64,000 nucleotides of DNA, from positions 15,601-79,600 of IMG/VR virus record IMGVR_UViG_3300028601_000030; one strand, given 5' to 3'. Every line of letters starts with the position of its first letter. Within the stretch, counting starts at the first letter, position 1. The notes under the pieces were generated by a model. That model was not told the origin of the DNA. It made no database searches and was given only the letters and a program-made list of their open reading frames with translations. Positions 8,128 through 18,078 of this stretch are shown piece after piece. This stretch comes from a virus. Lineage: Duplodnaviria > Caudoviricetes. The translations under genes were made by a program, and so were the position numbers.

Positions 8128-10506
8128 ATGTTGAATCGTAGATCAAAAGGCGAAAATGATGCAGCAGTGGAAAACATTCAGAAAACTGAAAAGAAAATTC
8201 CTAAAGTTGCAGATAATTATGTATCGGTCGATAAAGACACTCTGCTTGTATCCACAGGCTCTACTCTACTTGATCTTGCTATTTCTGGTGGACGTGTTCG
8301 GGGTGGGGGAATCCCTGGTGGAATCATGTGCGAAATCTTTGGACAAAGTTCCGCCGGAAAATGTATTACAGGCAATACGCAAATATTAACGGATAAAGGG
8401 CAATATGCCATCGAAGACTTCTCTTCTGGGGAAGAGGGGTTTGTCGAACATCGGATGAAAATAGTTTCCGATTCTGGTATTGAAGATACTTCTCATTTCT
8501 ATGAAGAGGAATCTTCTGAAGTTATCCAAATAACAAATACTCTTGGTATGGATATAACTGGAACTCCAGAACATCCTATACTTTGTTATTGTGCTGGTGG
8601 TATATCTTTTAAAAAATTATCGGATATCCATATCGGTGATTTGACTTGTATCCCCAGAGAATTAGGAATTTTCCCAAAAGATAATTTCTATATTGCTTTT
8701 AAAGATCCAACAAGACAAACATCTGCAACGAGGACATTGGTGAATATTCCGGAAAAACTTACCCCAGAACTTTCTAGGCTACTTGGATACCTAGTAGCTA
8801 ACGGTTGTGGAAAGGATAATCTTATTGGGTTTTCATCGAAAAATAAGAAAATTCGAAAAGATGTAATATCCATTTGTTCTTCATTAGGAGTAGAATGCGG
8901 AAAACTAGAAAAGGGCAAAGATTTTGGTATTAAAGGAAGAGTTTTTCGAAATTTTATTGACTACTTGAATGGAGAACCTTTCCAAAAATCCAGAACAAAG
9001 AAAATACCAGTATCTGTTTTACAATCGAATAGAGAATGTCAACGCCAATTCCTTCTTGGTTTATTCGACTGTGATTCTTGGTATGATTATAACTGCACGT
9101 TTGAATATTATACGGCAAGTAAAATGTTAGCCGTACAAGTACAAACGATGCTCCAAAATTTTGGTATTTTATCTGTGCATGGTGAGAAATATTTGGAAGA
9201 ATATGAGCATACTTACCATTCTATTAAAATACCAGCGTGGGGGGTAGAAAAATTCTATGAGCTGTTCCCAGATTCCATTAAATATGAATGGCATAAAAGG
9301 GAATTTCAAAAGGATTTTAATCGACTACCAATTAATAATGAGCTTCGTAATTTAGTAGATTCTATAAGAAAGGAGTTGGGGGTAAAAAATAACGGTGCCT
9401 TTCTTTATAAAGGACTTAGTGGTCGTTTTCAATTATTAAAAGGTGTTCCAGATCAGTTTTCCAAACAATCGGATAATTACAATGCAAGACATCTTCCAAT
9501 CATTTTAAAAAATGCAAAAAAATTACCACAAGTAGATTCCGTAAAAAGTTTAATAAATTTTGTTACTCAACTTATTCCTTATTTCTTATCACCTGTAACA
9601 AAGGTTAAAGTAAAAAAAGAACCAACAATGGTTTACGATTTTACGATACCAGAAACACATAAATTCTTTAGTAATGGGTATATTTCTCATAACACAGCAA
9701 TCCTTACAGAAATAGCTGCATCTATTCAAGATAGAAAAGGTGATGTTTTCTTTGTTGATCCTGAAGCCCGCATAGATAAAGAGTACAGCAAGATTTACGG
9801 GTTTGAAATGAACAAAAATAATTATGCCCGTTGTGACACTGTTACCGAGACATTCGACCTTCTTGAAAAATGGGCACCTGAGAATCCAAACAAAATCAAT
9901 TTGTTTGCGGCGGATTCAATAGCAGCTCTTTCTACTGATATGGAGATGGGAGAAGGTGACAAGCGTGGACAAAGAAAAGCAAAAGAATTGTCCGAAGGTT
10001 GCCGGAAGACTGCTCGGCTTATTGCTCACAATAATAAGCTTGTCATTTTTACCAACCAAGAACGTGACGGAGAATATGGTAAAACAACCCCCGGCGGTCA
10101 TGCCATCCCGTATCACTGTTCGCTCAGGATGCGAGTCTCACGGAAGGGCAGAATCGAAAAGAAAAAGACGATTGCTTCAGGAAAGGCTGTCACTAAGACA
10201 ATCGGCATTGAGTCGGAGGTGCTGATTAGAAAATCTACCGTTGATGATGAATACAGAACAGCCCCTATTTTCATAATCTTTGGTGTAGGTATTGATGATG
10301 TCCGTGCAAATCTTCAGTACGTAAAAGACATGGAGAAGCTTACCAAATATTGGTGTGTTGACACTGAATATGTTTCCATGGACAAAGCTATCACGTACAT
10401 TGAAGACAACGATCTGGAAGAAGAATTACGTGAACGTGTGATTGATATTTGGGAAGAAGTTGAAGCCAAATTTACTATGGAACGCAAAAAGAAAAAGAGG
10501 TTTTGA
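8128..10506 (+). CDS. recA: RecA/UvsX recombinase with intein
   Basis: STGSTLLDLAISGG, Walker A GQSSAGK|T split by the intein, FVDPEARID, DSIAAL, IFTNQER, PGGHAIPYHCSLR. Confidence 0.92.
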   Translation: MLNRRSKGENDAAVENIQKTEKKIPKVADNYVSVDKDTLLVSTGSTLLDLAISGGRVRGGGIPGGIMCEIFGQSSAGKCITGNTQILTDKGQYAIEDFSSGEEGFVEHRMKIVSDSGIEDTSHFYEEESSEVIQITNTLGMDITGTPEHPILCYCAGGISFKKLSDIHIGDLTCIPRELGIFPKDNFYIAFKDPTRQTSATRTLVNIPEKLTPELSRLLGYLVANGCGKDNLIGFSSKNKKIRKDVISICSSLGVECGKLEKGKDFGIKGRVFRNFIDYLNGEPFQKSRTKKIPVSVLQSNRECQRQFLLGLFDCDSWYDYNCTFEYYTASKMLAVQVQTMLQNFGILSVHGEKYLEEYEHTYHSIKIPAWGVEKFYELFPDSIKYEWHKREFQKDFNRLPINNELRNLVDSIRKELGVKNNGAFLYKGLSGRFQLLKGVPDQFSKQSDNYNARHLPIILKNAKKLPQVDSVKSLINFVTQLIPYFLSPVTKVKVKKEPTMVYDFTIPETHKFFSNGYISHNTAILTEIAASIQDRKGDVFFVDPEARIDKEYSKIYGFEMNKNNYARCDTVTETFDLLEKWAPENPNKINLFAADSIAALSTDMEMGEGDKRGQRKAKELSEGCRKTARLIAHNNKLVIFTNQERDGEYGKTTPGGHAIPYHCSLRMRVSRKGRIEKKKTIASGKAVTKTIGIESEVLIRKSTVDDEYRTAPIFIIFGVGIDDVRANLQYVKDMEKLTKYWCVDTEYVSMDKAITYIEDNDLEEELRERVIDIWEEVEAKFTMERKKKKRF
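8362..9693 (+). mobile_element. Intein (444 aa) with LAGLIDADG endonuclease in the RecA P-loop
   Basis: CITGNTQIL start, GTPEHP block B, LLGYLVANG and FLLGLFDCDS LAGLIDADG blocks, FFSNGYISHN|T end. Confidence 0.93.
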
Positions 10507-10507
10507 T

Positions 10508-11110
10508 ATGGAAGTTGTTACTCCTAAAATCTACATGCGTACACCAAATGTATTCTTTGAAAGAATGCTTGATCGCTTAGAAACAGCGGCACGGATTTGT
10601 TATAAGAGTGAAGATAAAATTGCCGATGGTACTGCTGAAAGTCTCATAGGCAAAATCATTCGTCTTGGACATGAATCTGTTCTGGAACATGAGTGTATTT
10701 CAGTACGAGTAGTTTGTGACCGTGGGATATCCCATGAAATTGTACGCCACAGGATTGCTTCGTACTCTCAGGAATCTACCCGCTATTGTGATTACGGTAA
10801 ATTTGGCATGCAAATCATTCATCCGCCCGGATTATGTGATGAACAACTCCGACGTAGAGAAGAACTTTTCTGGGCTGTTCAACGTGTATATGATGCGGAA
10901 CGTGATGAAGGTATTTCCCCGCAGATTGCACGTGGTGTACTTCCACATGCGTTAAAGACAGAGATTGTCATGACTTTGAATTTGCGTTCTTGGAGACATT
11001 TTCTTAAATTACGCACAGACAGTGGAGCACATCCACAAATTCGGGAGCTTGCAGAAGGAATGAAAACGATGTTCCAGAAAAAGATACCGCTTGTTTTTGA
11101 TGAAGTATAA
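10508..11110 (+). CDS. thyX: FAD-dependent thymidylate synthase
   Basis: GHESVLEH, ThyX motif RHRIASYSQES, ARGVLP, NLRSWRHFLKLR, AHPQIR. Confidence 0.95.
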   Translation: MEVVTPKIYMRTPNVFFERMLDRLETAARICYKSEDKIADGTAESLIGKIIRLGHESVLEHECISVRVVCDRGISHEIVRHRIASYSQESTRYCDYGKFGMQIIHPPGLCDEQLRRREELFWAVQRVYDAERDEGISPQIARGVLPHALKTEIVMTLNLRSWRHFLKLRTDSGAHPQIRELAEGMKTMFQKKIPLVFDEV

Positions 11111-11118
11111 ATAAAAAA

Positions 11119-11163
11119 GGTCGGCCACCCAGGAGAAGTGTGATACGGGGGAAGTGGCCGACC
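11119..11163. terminator. GC-rich hairpin between thyX and the next operon
   Basis: 10-bp stem GGTCGGCCAC/GTGGCCGACC, 25-nt loop, A-runs on both sides. Confidence 0.45.
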
Positions 11164-11225
11164 AAAATCAAAACATGGCTATTCATATATAGCGCAATGT
11201 TCTTTATTGAACAAGGAGAAATATC

Positions 11226-11426
11226 ATGTCCGAGAAAAATAACATTGAATTTTCTGTGTCCATGACAAAAACGATTCAGGAAAAGCAGTTTGAACCTATG
11301 GTTATTTCTGCTTCCATGAAAATGGAAATACCCGAAGATCATGACATACAAGAAGAAGTTGATAGGGCTTTAGATTTTCTGGAAGAAACTATTGAAAAGA
11401 AATTCAAAAGTCGTGGGGTTATGTAA
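11226..11426 (+). CDS. Hypothetical protein (66 aa)
   Basis: AGGAG RBS; stop overlaps the next ATG. Confidence 0.7.
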   Translation: MSEKNNIEFSVSMTKTIQEKQFEPMVISASMKMEIPEDHDIQEEVDRALDFLEETIEKKFKSRGVM

Positions 11427-12292
11427 TGAAGACAATTGCCCTTATTGACGCAAATGGTATAGGTGCGAAGTCCGCTTTTGCATTGCAGGATTTAGCAATG
11501 AACGAAGTACCGACAGGCGTTGTTTATGGGTTTCTTCGTGAAATACTGACTATTGGTATTGCATTGAGAACCAACAGATTGATGTTTTGTTGGGACTCCA
11601 GACGTTCTTTGCGTAGAGATTTGTTTCCTGGTTATAAAGAAAAGCGCACAGACAAACGCACTAAATGGGAAAAAGAAGTTTGGAAAGTTGCTTACGACCA
11701 ATACGATATTCTTCGGGAAAAGGTTTTGCCTTCAATTGGGTGGCGAAATCAATTTCATTTTGATGGTTATGAAGCTGACGATATAATGCACCAAGCAGCA
11801 AAACAATTGCACCAAGAAGGACATGATCCTGTAATTGTTTCTTCTGACGAAGATATGTACCAATCACTTGTTTGGGCCGACATTTACAATCCAACGAAAA
11901 AGAGTTTTTTCCTTCCTGAAGATTTTGAAAAGAAATATGGAATAACCCCAGATAAATGGCATCTGGTAAAAGCTATTGGGGGATGCACTTCTGACACTGT
12001 TCCTGGTGTAGAAAACGTTGGAGAAAAAACTGCAATTGCTTATCTCAAAGGTGAATTGAAACGCACAACAAAAAAGTTCCAAAGCATCAAGCAAGCAGAA
12101 TCGAACGGCACTCTTGAACTATACAAGAGGTTGGTAACTCTTCCATTTGAAGGTTTTCCTGCGCTTAAATTCCAAGGTGATGTATTTGACGTTGATAATT
12201 TTGTAGCCAATTGTGAAGGCTATGAACTTCATTCCCTGCTTTCCAGAAAAAGTTATGCTCGCTGGGAAGATTTTCTTTACGGAGTATTTTAA
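11426..12292 (+). CDS. 5'-3' exonuclease / flap endonuclease (RNase H-like)
   Basis: LIDANG, CWDS..SLRRDLFPGYK, YEADD, SSDEDMYQ, GCTSDTVPGVENVGEKTA (helix-hairpin-helix). Confidence 0.9.
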   Translation: MKTIALIDANGIGAKSAFALQDLAMNEVPTGVVYGFLREILTIGIALRTNRLMFCWDSRRSLRRDLFPGYKEKRTDKRTKWEKEVWKVAYDQYDILREKVLPSIGWRNQFHFDGYEADDIMHQAAKQLHQEGHDPVIVSSDEDMYQSLVWADIYNPTKKSFFLPEDFEKKYGITPDKWHLVKAIGGCTSDTVPGVENVGEKTAIAYLKGELKRTTKKFQSIKQAESNGTLELYKRLVTLPFEGFPALKFQGDVFDVDNFVANCEGYELHSLLSRKSYARWEDFLYGVF

Positions 12293-12483
12293 TGCTACCT
12301 CCATTGATTGTAGTAGACCCGGAACATGTTGATGAAAACGGTGCCCCTGTTGAAGGAGCTACCATTTACCTAAACCACATAAAAGTACACCCTTCCCAAG
12401 AAAAGAAAGTATTTCAAGGGCTTAAAGGAATGTACCCAAACCAAGAGTTTTGTGTAGAGAGGCGACATGGCAAATTGCGTTAG
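12292..12483 (+). CDS. Hypothetical protein (63 aa)
   Basis: ATG overlaps the exonuclease stop. Confidence 0.55.
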   Translation: MLPPLIVVDPEHVDENGAPVEGATIYLNHIKVHPSQEKKVFQGLKGMYPNQEFCVERRHGKLR

Positions 12484-12597
12484 CTGTGTATATGAGGAAT
12501 GGGAACGAACTGTAAATTGCAGATATAGGTGGTGGCGGTATAAACCGAAAAGATGGATTAGCTAAACCTTGCCCATGTTTCACTGAAAGGACTTGAT

Positions 12598-13149
12598 ATG
12601 GCATTGATGCGAAGAACGGCAAATGGAGTTTTTGTTGGACTTGATTTGTCCCTGACAGGAACAGGAGTTGTGGTGTTAGACAACGAATGTTCCGTACTTT
12701 GCGCGGAAACACTGAAAAACAAGCTCAGGGGAATGGAAAGGCTTGCATACTTGCGGGAAGAAATCCACTCTGTGGTTCGTAAATATCCTTCGGCTGTGTA
12801 TTGTATTGAAGGGTATGCAATGGGCAGTCGTTCAGGACAAGCTTTCTCTATAGGTGAATTGGGAGGAGTTATCAAGCTTCTTCTCCACACAGAAAACATC
12901 ATTCCGCACCTTGTGCCTCCTACAAGGCTAAAGAAATTTATTGTTGGTGGAGGTCGTGCAGAAAAAGATATGATCCTCATGAAAGTATTTCAGCGTTGGG
13001 GATGGGAAGCGAAAGATAATAACCAAGCTGACGCATATGGCTTAGCCAGAATTGCTTATGGTCTTACAAATCCAGATGGTCATAACAAAGCGCAAATTGA
13101 AGTTTTGAATGATATTTTGAATCCTCCCGAACCAAAAAAGAAAAAATAA
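12598..13149 (+). CDS. ruvC: RuvC-like Holliday junction resolvase
   Basis: GLDLSLTGTG, IEGY, PTRLKKFI.GGGRAEK, DNNQADA acidic motifs. Confidence 0.85.
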   Translation: MALMRRTANGVFVGLDLSLTGTGVVVLDNECSVLCAETLKNKLRGMERLAYLREEIHSVVRKYPSAVYCIEGYAMGSRSGQAFSIGELGGVIKLLLHTENIIPHLVPPTRLKKFIVGGGRAEKDMILMKVFQRWGWEAKDNNQADAYGLARIAYGLTNPDGHNKAQIEVLNDILNPPEPKKKK

Positions 13150-13159
13150 GGAGAAACCA

Positions 13160-14536
13160 ATGAAGATGGAATTTCAACCAATACTCGAAGACCTAATAAA
13201 ACTGTCCAATACTTCAAGCACAAACGCAAAGAAAGACATGCTTGCCAGCATGATGAAGTGCAAGAACTTTCGCACAGTGCTTGAACTAGCCCTTGATTCC
13301 CGCAAGCACTTCAACATAAAAGAACTTCCAAAACCAAAGACAGGGATATTTGCAAAGAAAGCAGATATATCAATTCAGGATGTATTTGATTTTCTGGAAG
13401 AACTTGCAAAAACTCCTGGAACTTCACAAGCTGAAAAACAACAACTTGCGAATTGGGCAAATCAGTTTGTAGGTGGATATGAGGTTGTGTGCCGTATCGT
13501 CAAAAAAGATTTGCGTTGTGGCGTTAAAGGCAAACTGGTGAATGCTGTAGCTGAGAAATATTTCCCTGATTTTTCTATTTTTGAATGGCCGTATATGCGT
13601 TGCCGTTCTTACACAGAAAAGAATCTGAAGAATATCCGCTATCCTGCGTATGCACAGCTCAAGGCTAATGGTTCGCATATTGATGTGATAAAAGATTCTG
13701 ATGGAAATATCACATTTCATTCACGGGCAGGTAATGAATATGACTTTCTTGGGCTGCTTGACAAAGCAACCGAAGAATTGTTTGGTGCTGTTGACGGTGT
13801 GTTTATTGGGGAAGCTCTGGTGGTTGATGATTTTGGTGAACCTTTAGACAGAAAAACCGGTAACGGGATAATCACAAAGGCGCTCAAGGGAACAATCACC
13901 AAAGCAGAAGTCAAGCGCATACGCATTCAGCTATGGGAATATGTCTCCTACGGCTATTTCTTCGCTCAAACAGAGGATAAACTTGTCTACAGAGATTCAT
14001 TTGAAAATGTCCTAGCCCATACAAAAGGCAATCCAATATATTCTCCCATCGAACATCGGATTGTAAACAACTTTGAAGAGGTTATGGTATATTACAAAGA
14101 GGTGAAAGAACGTAAGCTGGAAGGATTAGTTCTTAAAAACTTTTCTGGTGTATTTGAAAGCACACAAACCGGTTCAAAAAATCAGATGAAGGTAAAGTCT
14201 GTTCTTGGTGAAGAATACGAAGCCGAGTTTACAATCACTGGATTTGAATTTGGTGAAAAAGGCACACGATTTGAGAATGGTCTTGGTGCTTTGCATTACA
14301 CTTCAAAGTGTGGTAAAATTCAAGGTAAAGTAGGGTCTGGTTTTTCTCATGCGGAGCGCGACAATCTGACGGAAGAAGATGTAGTTGGGAAAATTGCAAC
14401 CTTGCGCTTCGATGAATTGATAAAAGATAAACACGCGGATTCTGTTTTCCGCTTGTATGCTCCTCGCTTTATTGAGTTTCGTAGAGACAAAGAAGAAGCG
14501 GATTCACTTGAATATGTAATGGAGATGGCTCAATGA
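13160..14536 (+). CDS. ATP-dependent DNA ligase
   Basis: AQLKANG (motif I), FIGEAL, EGLVLK, MKVK, OB domain GKVGSGF, LYAPRFIEFRRDK. Confidence 0.92.
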   Translation: MKMEFQPILEDLIKLSNTSSTNAKKDMLASMMKCKNFRTVLELALDSRKHFNIKELPKPKTGIFAKKADISIQDVFDFLEELAKTPGTSQAEKQQLANWANQFVGGYEVVCRIVKKDLRCGVKGKLVNAVAEKYFPDFSIFEWPYMRCRSYTEKNLKNIRYPAYAQLKANGSHIDVIKDSDGNITFHSRAGNEYDFLGLLDKATEELFGAVDGVFIGEALVVDDFGEPLDRKTGNGIITKALKGTITKAEVKRIRIQLWEYVSYGYFFAQTEDKLVYRDSFENVLAHTKGNPIYSPIEHRIVNNFEEVMVYYKEVKERKLEGLVLKNFSGVFESTQTGSKNQMKVKSVLGEEYEAEFTITGFEFGEKGTRFENGLGALHYTSKCGKIQGKVGSGFSHAERDNLTEEDVVGKIATLRFDELIKDKHADSVFRLYAPRFIEFRRDKEEADSLEYVMEMAQ

Positions 14537-15609
14537 TTAAAAATTTAACCATTGAAAACTTCCAGTCCCACAAACACACATCATTGGATTTTCATCCTGG
14601 GGTAAATGTTATTCTTGGATTGTCTGATGTTGGTAAATCTTCAATACTTCGTGCGCTTAATTGGGTAGCGTTTAACAATCCGTCTGGTGATTTTTTCCGT
14701 TCAGACTTCACGAAGAAAGACACAAAGGTTTCTGTCACGTTTGATTCCGAGGACACAGTTGTTCGTAGACGAGGCAAGGACAATTGTTATCTGGTAAATG
14801 ACCAGAAATTTAAAGCTCTTGGTACGAAAGTACCTGAAGAGGTGTCCGATTTGTTCAACATGGACGATGTGAATATGCAGCCTCAATGGCAGTCCTATTT
14901 CATGTTAGACCAGTCAAGTGGGCAAGTTGCACGTTCGTTAAATGCTATTTCTGGTTTGGAAGACATGGACTTGTCCATGAAAGCTATCAATTCTAAGATA
15001 AAAGATTCCAATACTGAAGTCAGTAACTTGGCTGAAGATATAAAAGAATGTGAGGAAGAAATTGAAGCTTTGTCTTGGATTGATGCCGCAAAGACAGAAC
15101 TACAGGACATCAGCTCAATTCATGATAAGATAGCTGAGAAGCGACAAGAACAAGGATCGCTCGCGTCCTTACTCACACGTTACGAGACCTTGCAAATCGA
15201 ATTGAAAACTCTTCCAGACTTCTCGGCTCTACCAACAATCAAAGAACTACTTCAACTCGATGAACACATTGAATCGTTGGTGGACGGCGCGGATAAATTG
15301 CAAGTATTGGTGGGCAAAGAAGCAACTCTACAGGAGCAGTTATCTGAATTGGATTTTGTTCCAAAAGCTAAACAAGACTTAGAAGTTTGTCAGCAAATGC
15401 ACCAACAAATCTTGGCTGATATTGAATCTCGTTCTTGTCTGGTTAAAAAGTTGTCCGAGCTAAACGACATTCAAAAATCATTGGATGATGTGCAAAAACA
15501 TACCGACGATTGCAGAAAAGCAGTCAAAAAATGTCACAGTGAAATTGATGTTTGTCCTACATGTAATCGTGAATGGGACAGCACTTGCGATGTAGGAGGT
15601 GCAGTATGA
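14533..15609 (+). CDS. sbcC: SbcC/Rad50-like ATPase, N-terminal half (Walker A, coiled coil, zinc hook)
   Basis: IENFQSH, GLSDVGKSS, Q-loop QPQW; coiled coil ends at CPTC. Confidence 0.85.
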   Translation: MIKNLTIENFQSHKHTSLDFHPGVNVILGLSDVGKSSILRALNWVAFNNPSGDFFRSDFTKKDTKVSVTFDSEDTVVRRRGKDNCYLVNDQKFKALGTKVPEEVSDLFNMDDVNMQPQWQSYFMLDQSSGQVARSLNAISGLEDMDLSMKAINSKIKDSNTEVSNLAEDIKECEEEIEALSWIDAAKTELQDISSIHDKIAEKRQEQGSLASLLTRYETLQIELKTLPDFSALPTIKELLQLDEHIESLVDGADKLQVLVGKEATLQEQLSELDFVPKAKQDLEVCQQMHQQILADIESRSCLVKKLSELNDIQKSLDDVQKHTDDCRKAVKKCHSEIDVCPTCNREWDSTCDVGGAV

Positions 15610-16487
15610 AATTTGTAGTTACTTCAGACTGGCACATAAAGAAAGAAAACCCAGAATATCGGGTAGATAATTATCTGGAAACTGCCCTGAAAAAAGTCCA
15701 ATTCATTATCGACCATGCAAACAAAAATGATGCTCGTGTCCTGATTGCTGGTGACATATTTGATTCACCGAGAGTTGGATTCTATGTTCTTAATCGTTTA
15801 ATGGAAATACTACGCACAGCGAATGAACCGCCGATTGTGTGTTATGGCAATCATGACACAACCTTCCACTCAGCAGATTTGACAAAGACTCCGTATCATA
15901 ATCTGCTTGTGAGCGGTACAGTTGTTGAAGGTGCTGATTTAGGTGACGTTGTTATTCATCCTGTAGGTTGGGAATGTACTGATGTTTCTCCTATAGAGAA
16001 CGAGGTGAATATTCTTCTTGGACATATTCCAACATTTGAAAGCACTGTTCCCTTCTGGAGTGAAAATGGCAAAACTCCTACAACGCTTAAACGAGCATTT
16101 CCTGGATTTGATTATTACATCGTTGGTGACATCCATACTCCTTTTGTGAAAAAGAATGTTATCAACCCAGGCAGTTTGTTACGTTCAGGAATCGACCAGT
16201 ACGACTATGAACCTCGTATTTATGAGCTTTGCACAGACAAAGGAACAATCAACGAGGTTAAAATACCCATTGAACCCGCAGCCAGTGTATTCGATACTCC
16301 GAAAAAAACAATGGCTGATACTCGCGATGTTAAAGCCCTGAATGAATTTATCGCAACATTGCAATCTGATCAAAAAGAAAAGCCCAATTTCAAAAACACT
16401 TTATCATCAGTGGTAAAACAATCTGAAGCTCCTGAACCTGTAGTAAAAATCATTTCTGATATTTTGGAGGAAGTTTATGGAAGATAA
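15606..16487 (+). CDS. sbcD: SbcD/Mre11-like metallophosphoesterase nuclease
   Basis: TSDWH, AGDIFD, YGNHD, LGH, GDIH, NPGSL. ATG at 15606 overlaps the upstream TGA. Confidence 0.9.
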   Translation: MKFVVTSDWHIKKENPEYRVDNYLETALKKVQFIIDHANKNDARVLIAGDIFDSPRVGFYVLNRLMEILRTANEPPIVCYGNHDTTFHSADLTKTPYHNLLVSGTVVEGADLGDVVIHPVGWECTDVSPIENEVNILLGHIPTFESTVPFWSENGKTPTTLKRAFPGFDYYIVGDIHTPFVKKNVINPGSLLRSGIDQYDYEPRIYELCTDKGTINEVKIPIEPAASVFDTPKKTMADTRDVKALNEFIATLQSDQKEKPNFKNTLSSVVKQSEAPEPVVKIISDILEEVYGR

Positions 16488-16722
16488 AATCGCAAAACTC
16501 AAGCAGGCAAAAAAGAAGTTGGAAGAATCACAACACAAAGAGATTGTTCTGAAAACCAAGATTGAGCAAGTGATTGAGCAATTAGATGACCTTGGGCACA
16601 CGGTGGTTTCAGCAAAGAAGGCCATAAAGGAGTTTGATAAATCCGTACAAGAACTCGAAGAAGAATTGGAGGAGAAAATCACTGAGTTTGAAAATAATTA
16701 TGGTGAATTTTTCGAGGAGTAA
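16477..16722 (+). CDS. Coiled-coil protein, possible middle fragment of the split Rad50
   Basis: 81 aa with heptad pattern, between SbcD and the SbcC C-half. Confidence 0.6.
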   Translation: MEDKIAKLKQAKKKLEESQHKEIVLKTKIEQVIEQLDDLGHTVVSAKKAIKEFDKSVQELEEELEEKITEFENNYGEFFEE

Positions 16723-16725
16723 TGT

Positions 16726-17334
16726 ATGGATGCTAAATTAAAAAAGTGGGATACTATTCTTACTGAAAAGAAAGTACGCCGCGATGTAAAAACAGATATG
16801 CTTAAAAGCAAGCGGGAAGAATACGAGGAAGAAATGGTATATCTGGAACATCTACAGATTGCCCGCTCTTTGATTCAACGCGCTTCTGTTCTCACGCAAG
16901 AAAAGCTCAGTCACCATATAGGTGAATTGGTGACACTGGCTATGCAATCTGTGTTCGATGATCCTTATTCTTTTGCGGCAAACTTTGTCAATCGTAGAAA
17001 CACCACAGAATGTGATTTAGTTTTCACAAAAAATGGAAAGGAATATAAACCACTTGATTCTTGTGGTTATGGGGCAGCCGATGTTTCTTCCTTTGCCCTT
17101 CGTATAACTTTTTGGTCACTTGGTAATAAACGTCCAACAATTACTTGGGATGAACCTTTTAGACAGCTTGATTCAAAGAGGATTACGTATGCAGCAGAAA
17201 TTGTAAAAAGGTTGTCGGAAGATTTGGGGATTCAATTGATTATTGTTACCCACGAAAAAGAATTGACGGCTTGTGCGGATAAAATTTTCAGTGTTTCTAT
17301 GTCCGATGGAGTTTCCAAAGTAATCACAATTTAA
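16726..17334 (+). CDS. sbcC: SbcC/Rad50-like ATPase, C-terminal half (signature, Walker B, H-loop)
   Basis: LDSCGYG signature-like motif, ITWDEPFRQLD, IIVTHE, ADKIF. Confidence 0.85.
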   Translation: MDAKLKKWDTILTEKKVRRDVKTDMLKSKREEYEEEMVYLEHLQIARSLIQRASVLTQEKLSHHIGELVTLAMQSVFDDPYSFAANFVNRRNTTECDLVFTKNGKEYKPLDSCGYGAADVSSFALRITFWSLGNKRPTITWDEPFRQLDSKRITYAAEIVKRLSEDLGIQLIIVTHEKELTACADKIFSVSMSDGVSKVITI

Positions 17335-17356
17335 ATATCTTGCACTCTACACAATG

Positions 17357-17402
17357 ATGCCCAGAGATTAAGTATATCAGCACTCGCTTATTCTCTGGGC
17401 AT
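17357..17402. terminator. Hairpin between the convergent replication and morphogenesis operons
   Basis: ATGCCCAGAGATTAAG / CTTATTCTCTGGGCAT inverted repeat with one mismatch. A third partial copy ATGCCCAGA lies near 17517. Confidence 0.65.
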
Positions 17403-17536
17403 TTTAGCTCCGAAGCAAACAGAACGCAAAATTTCTAATTCTTTGTTAAATCTTGCGCGAATGAAATCTTCCCTTCGATAGATATAAATAGCCGCCTTCT
17501 CTTCTCCACTTTCTTAATGCCCAGAATAAACAGTTA

Positions 17537-17929
17537 TCAATTTAATTTCTTGTTAAAGCTACTCTTGCCTGCCCAAAGAACAGCAAGGAAATAACGTGTA
17601 GCCATAAAAGTTCGTTTTGTCCGATGCTTATCTCCAACTGTATATATTTTTCGAAGCATGTTATAAAGGAAAACTATATCCGCGACTATCTTATCCCACA
17701 TTGTACCGCCTACCCAATACATAAAATCATGGATATTCGCGGCCTCCGTCATGTCCAGACCAAAAAAATGGTCTGGAATAAGCCATTTAATAAAACGGTT
17801 AAACAGACCATGCTCAGAACCCATGCCATTACATAGCTTCTTTTTTGTTTCTTCTGGTAAATGCCAATAATCTTTGTGGGCGATTAGTCCATCATCGGCT
17901 ATTTTCAGATTCCTTATCAGAGATGGCAT
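17537..17929 (-). CDS. Lysis-module protein with HDxxY motif (DUF1353/phospholipase A2-like, tentative)
   Basis: CNGMG...IPD...ANIHDFMY...KIVADIVFLYNM; last gene of the lysis cluster. Confidence 0.45.
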   Translation of the reverse strand: MPSLIRNLKIADDGLIAHKDYWHLPEETKKKLCNGMGSEHGLFNRFIKWLIPDHFFGLDMTEAANIHDFMYWVGGTMWDKIVADIVFLYNMLRKIYTVGDKHRTKRTFMATRYFLAVLWAGKSSFNKKLN

Positions 17930-18065
17930 CTTCTATGTGTCCTTTCCCAGCAGCATCACGATCAATACGCAATTTAACCAAATCACCAAGAATACTAAAT
18001 GCTACTCCGGTATTACATCCAGACAAAAGCACAAGAAGTAAAACAGCCACAACCAATCTTTTCAT
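17892..18065 (-). CDS. Small lipoprotein, spanin-like candidate
   Basis: MKRLVVAVLLLVLLSGC lipobox; GGAGG RBS before ATG 18065. Confidence 0.65.
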   Translation of the reverse strand: MKRLVVAVLLLVLLSGCNTGVAFSILGDLVKLRIDRDAAGKGHIEDAISDKESENSR

Positions 18066-18078
18066 TTTCCTTCCTCCG

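Noticed and set aside
12467-12595. Small Cys-rich gene possibly frameshifted before ruvC
   Set aside because: Two short frames could be joined, but there is no slippery or homopolymer site and no supporting motif.
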